A program made the position numbers and the translations under genes. From Oscillospiraceae bacterium (GTDB taxonomy: Bacteria > Bacillota > Clostridia > Oscillospirales > Ruminococcaceae): 55,583 bases of DNA. Of the stretch, positions 49,697 through 55,583 are shown one piece after another (the stretch's first letter is position 1; each line of letters opens with the position of its first letter). The stretch lies in the NCBI GenBank assembly GCA_017848075.1, contig JAGALG010000125.1, forward strand, positions 1 through 55,583. Direction: 5' to 3'. A model generated the notes under the pieces. That model saw only the letters and a program-made list of their open reading frames with translations. It made no database searches and was not told where the DNA came from.

Positions 49697-51235
49697 ATGA
49701 GCAAAAAGAAAAAAGAACTGTCTGCCCTGCAGGCTTCCCATGCGGTTAATGTGGGTGTTTTCCTCGTAGTCATTGCCATTATGGGTTTGGCGGCAATTTT
49801 CCTGCCAAAACCAACCGTATCGGAATATGAGAAACGAGAACTGGCAACTTTCCCGGAGTTTTCACTGGAGAGCCTGTTTTCCGGCGGCTATATGCAAGAG
49901 CTGGACTTGTGGTTTGCGGATACCTTCCCGGCCAGAGAAAAATTTGTAGAGCTGGCTGCCCATAGTGAAGAGCTGCGCGGTTTGCGTGTGGACGATGTAA
50001 AGATTCACCAGTCCGGAAATACGACCACCACCGTAGAGCCGCAGCTTCCGGAGGAAAATACAGAGGAAACTCTGCCGGAAAAAGAGACAGTTGAGGAAGA
50101 AACTCCTCCGGAAACAGAGCAGGAGGAGACCTTGCCTCCGGAAGAACAAGAGAAAAACGAAGAACAGGAAGAACCACCGCTTGCTGAGACCGATGAGGTG
50201 GAGGGTGAGCAGCGAGGCTCTGTCTTTATTTATAAAAATATGGCCCTGCCAATGTTTGGCGGCAACAAAGCAGCGGGCCAGCGCTATGCTGCTGCCCTGG
50301 CCAAGTATCAGGAAGCCCTCGATGACAGTGTACAGATCTACAATCTGATCGTTCCGTCTGCAATCGAGTTCTATCTGCCGGAGAAATATAAGAATCAGGG
50401 TCTTACCGCCGATGAGTGGGATAATATCAACTACATCTACTCACAGATGGATCCGAACATTAAGACAGTAGATGCGTATACGCCAATGAAAGCTGCGGCT
50501 GATGCCGGGGAGTATATTTACTTCCGCACCGACCACCACTGGACGGTACGGGGTGCCTATGCGGCCTATATCGCCTTCTGTCAGGAAGCTGGTTTTGAAC
50601 CGGTGCCGCTGGAAAGCATGGAGCGGCATGTGATTGAAAACTTTGTCGGTACTCTTTACGGACAGACGCAGGATCTTGTGCTGAAAGAGAATCCGGACTA
50701 TGTGGAGTACTTTGTTCCTCCAATGGCAACAGAGACCTACCGTTATGTGAAGAATCAGCCGTACACGCCGTATGCGTCCACGATTTTTGCGGATTACGCA
50801 ACAGGAGGCGGCAACACTTACAGCGTCTTCCTCCATGGAGATTTGCCATTGACTCACATCAAAACGCAGGCGAACACCGGCCGAAAACTGGTAGTGGTAA
50901 AAGAGTCCTTTGGTAACGCCTTCTCCCCATTCATGGTTTCCCACTACGATGAGGTCTTTGTTGTAGATCAGCGCTACTTCCAGTTGGGATTGATCGATTT
51001 TATCCAGCAGAATGGTGTTACCGATCTGCTGTTTATCAACAACATATTCGCTGCCAATACGGATATCCGTATTAATGAGATTTCACGAATCAAATATCAG
51101 GTCTTTGTTCCGCCGGTTGAGGAAGAAGTGGAAGAAGAACCGGTAGAGGAAGAGGACAGCAAGGATAAGGGCGAACAGGACTCCGATGAGGAGGATGAGG
51201 AAACGAAACGCAAAGATCGTTACGATCGTTTCTAA
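49697..51235 (+). CDS. DHHW family (AlgX/AlgJ-like SGNH) acyltransferase partner
   Basis: N-terminal TM, SEYEKRELA..P, YFRTDHHWT, KESFGNA; Glu/Pro-rich linker and acidic tail. Confidence 0.9.
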   Translation: MSKKKKELSALQASHAVNVGVFLVVIAIMGLAAIFLPKPTVSEYEKRELATFPEFSLESLFSGGYMQELDLWFADTFPAREKFVELAAHSEELRGLRVDDVKIHQSGNTTTTVEPQLPEENTEETLPEKETVEEETPPETEQEETLPPEEQEKNEEQEEPPLAETDEVEGEQRGSVFIYKNMALPMFGGNKAAGQRYAAALAKYQEALDDSVQIYNLIVPSAIEFYLPEKYKNQGLTADEWDNINYIYSQMDPNIKTVDAYTPMKAAADAGEYIYFRTDHHWTVRGAYAAYIAFCQEAGFEPVPLESMERHVIENFVGTLYGQTQDLVLKENPDYVEYFVPPMATETYRYVKNQPYTPYASTIFADYATGGGNTYSVFLHGDLPLTHIKTQANTGRKLVVVKESFGNAFSPFMVSHYDEVFVVDQRYFQLGLIDFIQQNGVTDLLFINNIFAANTDIRINEISRIKYQVFVPPVEEEVEEEPVEEEDSKDKGEQDSDEEDEETKRKDRYDRF

Positions 51236-51257
51236 AAATCGGGAAAGGAGCCGGTAT

Positions 51258-52289
51258 ATGAAAAAAACAATGCTATGTTTTCTTTTGGTACTGCTCTGCG
51301 GCTGCCAAAGCTTGCCGGCCAGTCCGATTGGCAGCAGCCAGGAGGAAACACAAACTCTGACACTGGCCATCCCGGAGGACAGCAATGAGCTGCTGAGAGA
51401 GGTGGCAAGAGAGCTATCCCGACGGACAGAAGATTTTTCAGCCTATTCTTTGACAGTAGAAATTGTTGAAGAAGAAAATATTTGGGAAGTGATGGAGGAA
51501 GGCTCTGCTGATTTGGTGCTGTGCGGCAATAGGCGGGCGCTTTCCGATGCAGTTGAGGTTGGCCAGCTGGAGCTGCCGGCCCAGCCGGAGGAGGAAGGAC
51601 AGCTTCCGATTCTGTCCTACAGCGGTCATGCGGCCATGTTTGCTATGCTGGAGTATCCCTATTTCTTCCGGGAAGGAGACTGCGTTATTCGGGGAGGTAA
51701 CGATCCGGATGTGTTGGATGCTTTGAACTATTCTCTGCCGGGAAACTTCCCCATGGAACTGCGGCGCCTGTCCTACAGCAGCTGTTACCACTGGGTGACC
51801 AATGATATCCAGGCCTTGGAAGAATATCAGCAGGAGAATACTCCGCTAGATATTCTGCGGGGGCAACTGGAAAAGGGGATTTCCTTATTAGAACCCTGGG
51901 GCTATTTGGGAGACAGTGAGATTTATGTGCGAGAAGTAAATCCGGTGGAGGATCTGGCAGACTTCAGTGGAGATACCCTGCTTCTCAGTGCAGGACGATG
52001 GAATCTGTTGAATTTCTTCAGCAATCGAGAAAGTATTCGCCAGCTCAGTGCGAAACAGCAGGCGGCCATTGAGGAAGCGATCATATACAGCGGCGGTTAT
52101 GCCAAAGGTTTAGCCGACGATGAGATGGAATACGCCTTGCGGAAGCTGAAATCCGACGGAGTTCCTATGGAGGAAATTGATATCGACGATTGGTATAGTG
52201 CCTTCCAGAGACTGTATCACAGCGGAGCTTATGGAGTCAGTGAAGAACTGACAGATCTGTTATCCGAAAAAGTCGAGCGTTATCATTAA
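51258..52289 (+). CDS. Lipoprotein, divergent TRAP substrate-binding (DctP-like) fold
   Basis: Lipobox LCGC; LEYPYFF and LSAKQQAAIEEA resemble DctP motifs. Confidence 0.55.
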   Translation: MKKTMLCFLLVLLCGCQSLPASPIGSSQEETQTLTLAIPEDSNELLREVARELSRRTEDFSAYSLTVEIVEEENIWEVMEEGSADLVLCGNRRALSDAVEVGQLELPAQPEEEGQLPILSYSGHAAMFAMLEYPYFFREGDCVIRGGNDPDVLDALNYSLPGNFPMELRRLSYSSCYHWVTNDIQALEEYQQENTPLDILRGQLEKGISLLEPWGYLGDSEIYVREVNPVEDLADFSGDTLLLSAGRWNLLNFFSNRESIRQLSAKQQAAIEEAIIYSGGYAKGLADDEMEYALRKLKSDGVPMEEIDIDDWYSAFQRLYHSGAYGVSEELTDLLSEKVERYH

Positions 52290-52377
52290 AAAGTAAAAGC
52301 GACGCCGGAAGGCATCGCTTTTTTCTTTGGGCAGTCTGTGCTACAATAGAAGTACCAAGAAACGGAGGGGGCTGACC

Positions 52378-53247
52378 ATGACAAGAGAAGAGCGTTATGC
52401 ATCGATTTACAGCCATGATATTGTTTATTGCCCGCCGCAGGAGCATGGCTGTGCCATGCTGGAGGTGGCCTTGGGCTGCAGTTGGGGAAAGTGCCTGTTC
52501 TGCGATTTTGCAAAGGATCCATTTCATGTTCATTCTATAGAGAAAATTGAAGAAAATCTCAAGGTGTTGGGAGAATTGCAGCCGGAAAAAGAACGGGTCT
52601 TTTTCCTCGGTGAAAATGCTCTGTGTCTCAGCACAGAAAAACTACTGCGCATCATGGCATTGACGAAACAGTATATGCCCAAAGTCAGCAGCTTCGCTAT
52701 GTACGCCCGTTTTGACGATGTTCAGAGAAAAAGTGATCAGGAATTGTGGCAACTGCGGCAGGCAGGTCTGAGCGATTTACACATGGGTTTTGAATCGGGG
52801 AGTGACTCCATTCTGACTGTGATGAACAAGGGCTTTGGCAGCTTTGAAATGCTGGAAGGAGCGAAGCGGCTGGATCGAGCCGGGATCGGCTATTTCTTTA
52901 CGGTCATCCTTGGCTTGGGCGGACGGCAATACCGTAATCTGCACGCGCTGGAAACGGCCCGCTTGTTAAGTCGGATGCATCCAAAAGGAATATGGTGTTT
53001 GAACCTGAAGATTTGGCCGGATACTCCGTTGGAGCAAATGGTCAAACGAGGCGAATTTGAAATGATGAGCCATTGGGAAATGCTGCAGGAGGAGTGGATC
53101 ATGCTGCAGCATCTGAATGTAGAAAATTGTTTCTACATGGATACCACGGCATTGAATCAATACACGATACAGGGTTTTCTGCCGCAGGCAAAGCAAGCGA
53201 TGCTGGCAGGAATGGAAGAATTATTAAGGAGGTCGATGCCGCAATGA
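52378..53247 (+). CDS. Radical SAM protein
   Basis: GCSWGKCLFC cluster motif, GFESGSD, VILGLGG; GGAGGG RBS. Confidence 0.9.
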   Translation: MTREERYASIYSHDIVYCPPQEHGCAMLEVALGCSWGKCLFCDFAKDPFHVHSIEKIEENLKVLGELQPEKERVFFLGENALCLSTEKLLRIMALTKQYMPKVSSFAMYARFDDVQRKSDQELWQLRQAGLSDLHMGFESGSDSILTVMNKGFGSFEMLEGAKRLDRAGIGYFFTVILGLGGRQYRNLHALETARLLSRMHPKGIWCLNLKIWPDTPLEQMVKRGEFEMMSHWEMLQEEWIMLQHLNVENCFYMDTTALNQYTIQGFLPQAKQAMLAGMEELLRRSMPQ

Positions 53248-54533
53248 TGACAGAGGAGAAAGTGTTGCAACTGGCAGCAGAGGGACAGGAGCAGTTGTGG
53301 CTGAATCCGAAGAAGGTGGCCTTTGAGAAAGTCCGGAGCGGTTTTCCGGTGACAGAAAGAGAAATGGATGAAGCGGAGCAGCGTTTGCTGCGTTTTGCGC
53401 CGTATCTGGCGAAGGTCTTTCCGGAAACAGCAGAGACAGGAGGCATCATCGAATCTCCGCTGCGGGAGATTCCGGAGATGGCTGTCTGGCTTCGGAAAGA
53501 ATATGGTACGGAGGGCAAATGGCTTTTGAAAATGGACAGTGAGTTGCCCATTGCCGGTTCTATCAAAGCTCGGGGCGGCATTTATGAGGTACTGCAGTAT
53601 GCGGAGCAGCTGGCAATGGAACAGGGATTGCTGCAGCCGGAGGACGACTATGCCATTTTGGCGGAGGAACCGTTCCGTCAGCTGTTTGCCAAATATACCA
53701 TCCAGGTTGGCTCGACCGGCAATCTGGGCCTGAGTATCGGTATTATCAGCGCTAAGTTGGGATTCCAGGTGATTGTCCATATGTCGGCGGATGCCAAACA
53801 GTGGAAAAAAGAGCTGCTTCGCTCGAAAGGTGTGACTGTCATTGAATATCCGCAGGATTACGGAAAAGCGGTGGAAGAAGGCAGAAAGCAGTCTCAGCTG
53901 GACCCCATGAGTTATTTTGTGGATGACGAAAATTCACGCAGCCTGTTCTTGGGCTACACGGTAGCAGGCAGACGACTGAGTCAACAACTGGAGGAGCAGA
54001 AAATTCCAGTAGATGCAGAACATCCTTTATTTGTGTACCTGCCCTGTGGCATCGGAGGTGCACCGGGAGGTGTCGCCTTTGGTTTGAAGCATCAGTTCGG
54101 AGATCATGTTCATTGCTTCTTTACAGAGCCCACCGAGGCTTGCTGTATGCTGTTGGGTATGGCGACAGGAAAGCATGATGAGATTGCAGTACAAGATATT
54201 GGCCTCAGTGGAAAGACACAGGCGGATGGCCTGGCAGTCGGCCGTCCTTCGGCTTTTGTGGGCCGGATCATGGATCCGCTTCTCAGTGGCTGCGGAACGG
54301 TGGAGGATATCCGACTGTTCCATTGGATGCGGCAGCTGCTGGAGCGGGAAGGGCTCTTCATTGAACCTTCCTCCTGTGCGGCATTTGCTCTGGCACCGCG
54401 ATGGAAGGATTTGCAGGAATATATCTGCAAAGAAGGCTTACAGGGGAAGGCGATCACCCATATTGCATGGGCGACGGGTGGTCGGCTGGTCCCACAGGAA
54501 GAAAGAGAACAATATATCCACTATGGAGAATAA
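53244..54533 (+). CDS. dsdA: D-serine ammonia-lyase
   Basis: GIIESPL, LPIAGSIKARGGIYEVL (PLP lysine), GSTGNLGLSIG, YLPCGIGGAPGG, ADGLAVGRPS, WATGG. Confidence 0.95.
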   Translation: MMTEEKVLQLAAEGQEQLWLNPKKVAFEKVRSGFPVTEREMDEAEQRLLRFAPYLAKVFPETAETGGIIESPLREIPEMAVWLRKEYGTEGKWLLKMDSELPIAGSIKARGGIYEVLQYAEQLAMEQGLLQPEDDYAILAEEPFRQLFAKYTIQVGSTGNLGLSIGIISAKLGFQVIVHMSADAKQWKKELLRSKGVTVIEYPQDYGKAVEEGRKQSQLDPMSYFVDDENSRSLFLGYTVAGRRLSQQLEEQKIPVDAEHPLFVYLPCGIGGAPGGVAFGLKHQFGDHVHCFFTEPTEACCMLLGMATGKHDEIAVQDIGLSGKTQADGLAVGRPSAFVGRIMDPLLSGCGTVEDIRLFHWMRQLLEREGLFIEPSSCAAFALAPRWKDLQEYICKEGLQGKAITHIAWATGGRLVPQEEREQYIHYGE

Positions 54534-54534
54534 A

Positions 54535-54565
54535 GAAAAACACCCTGCCACAGCAGGGTGTTTTT
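54535..54565. terminator. Bidirectional terminator between dsdA and the M23 gene
   Basis: GAAAAACACCCTGC-CACA-GCAGGGTGTTTTTC. Confidence 0.85.
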
Positions 54566-55348
54566 CTATTCAGCAAGGAGAGAAAGAGGATCGATATATT
54601 CGTTGTTTTTCTTGATGGTAAAGTGTAAATGCAGACCTTCTGCCGCTTCACAGGGAATCTCGCCAATGACACCGATGCTTTCTCCCATGGCGATAGGATC
54701 ATTCAGTTTTACAGCCAGATCCTGACCAAGTCCACTGTAGGTCATAACATAGTCTTTGCTGCTGATCTCCACAGAAGTGCCCCAAAGAGGATCATAGGAG
54801 ATGGCGCTCACCTTGCCGTCACAGGCGGATTTGACCATATCTCCCTGTTCGGCTTTCAAATCCACGCCATTGTGGGTACGCCATTCTTTCAGCGTTTTGT
54901 TTTCTACCAGACGGTCACCGCTGAAAGGGGACAGAACCTGCGTGTTCAGAGGCAGCGTGAAGGACAGCGTCTGTGATTTGTCCGATGGCTCCAGCGGTTC
55001 GGAGACCGTGACAGATGCTGTGGTATCCTCGGATGAGGAGCCAGAGCTGGAAGAATCGGATGGCTCTTCGGTTGGCACGGATTCCGGCTTGACAATATCG
55101 GACTGTTTTTGCTCGACAGGTGTTACTTCGGTATTTTCCGGACTCTCCTGTGCAGAGAGGGACGGATCTATGTTCTCCTGAGGTTCTGTCTGCTGGACCT
55201 GAGGAGTTTCGGTAAAAGGGTCCGGCTGAGCGATGCGGTTGTTAATGGTGATCCAAGCGGCGGTTCCTGCACCGGCAAGACATACGGCTAAAGCAACATA
55301 GATGCCTTTGCCCAGAAAGAAACGACTAAAATGATTGCGATTATTCAT
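54566..55348 (-). CDS. M23/LytM family membrane-anchored peptidase, SpoIIQ-like
   Basis: N-terminal TM, low-complexity linker, HNGVD and HLHF motifs; GGAGGTG RBS; GCATA-N15-GTTCAAACTA SigF-like promoter upstream. Confidence 0.8.
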   Translation of the reverse strand: MNNRNHFSRFFLGKGIYVALAVCLAGAGTAAWITINNRIAQPDPFTETPQVQQTEPQENIDPSLSAQESPENTEVTPVEQKQSDIVKPESVPTEEPSDSSSSGSSSEDTTASVTVSEPLEPSDKSQTLSFTLPLNTQVLSPFSGDRLVENKTLKEWRTHNGVDLKAEQGDMVKSACDGKVSAISYDPLWGTSVEISSKDYVMTYSGLGQDLAVKLNDPIAMGESIGVIGEIPCEAAEGLHLHFTIKKNNEYIDPLSLLAE

Positions 55349-55393
55349 AGTATTAAGCACCTCCAACCATAGTTTGAACGGGAAGGGGATACA

Positions 55394-55583
55394 TTATGCT
55401 TGCGGAGGAAGCTTTTGTTGACGATATAGAGCCCAAAGTTCCCGCAACCCCATGATAAGGAGGAAAACGCCAAAAATTTTTCGCAGCAATGGGGATTTCA
55501 GGGAACTACTGATCAGACTGCCAAGGATTGCTCCAAGAAGCCCTGCAGGCAGCCACTTTTTCAGGACGCTTCCTTGCAGCAGA
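55394..55583 (-). CDS. C-terminal fragment of a TauE/SafE (sulfite exporter) family membrane protein, runs off window
   Basis: Hand translation ...WLPAGLLGAILGSLISSSLKSPLLRKIFGVFLLIMGLRELW...PPQA*. Confidence 0.65.
   Translation of the reverse strand, partial: LLQGSVLKKWLPAGLLGAILGSLISSSLKSPLLRKIFGVFLLIMGLRELWALYRQQKLPPQA

Noticed and set aside
50040-50200. Repetitive GAG/GAA-rich tract as a tandem repeat or CRISPR-like array
   Set aside because: It is an in-frame low-complexity Glu/Pro linker with no constant repeat-spacer period; no CRISPR array or cas gene was seen anywhere in the window.

Overview
A 55.6 kb chromosomal segment of a spore-forming Clostridia-class Firmicute. Oscillospirales/Ruminococcaceae-like is my inference from gene content, AGGAGG ribosome-binding sites, and SigA and SigF/SigG-type promoters. 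It is mostly housekeeping: exoA, nrdD-nrdG, secA, HAD-AlaX-Rsm22, a small alarmone synthetase, tRNA-Gln/tRNA-Pro, trxA, a SASP, an EF-G paralog, a YtrA-type ABC operon, prs, rlmH, murA, corA, pgm, comM, rpmE, dnaG-rpoD, an MBOAT/DHHW acylation pair, dsdA and a SpoIIQ-like peptidase. I found no CRISPR array, rRNA, transposase or integrase. The most interesting signals are ones the ORF track misses. (1) A 22-codon acidic leader peptide (MNPD..., reminiscent of MgtL) embedded in mutually exclusive helices that can hide the corA RBS, a candidate translation-coupled Mg2+ sensor. (2) An alpha/beta-hydrolase gene flanked by inverted repeats and apparently inserted into the loop of a terminator. (3) A stand-alone 27-aa four-cysteine peptide gene with its own promoter, RBS and terminator. 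(4) A terminator/anti-terminator-like leader upstream of nrdD. (5) An Arr-like ADP-ribosyltransferase candidate after secA. (6) Two interrupted genes (EF-G paralog with an in-frame TAA; frameshifted LysR) that may be assembly errors. All family calls come from motif recognition by eye; no searches or folding were run.
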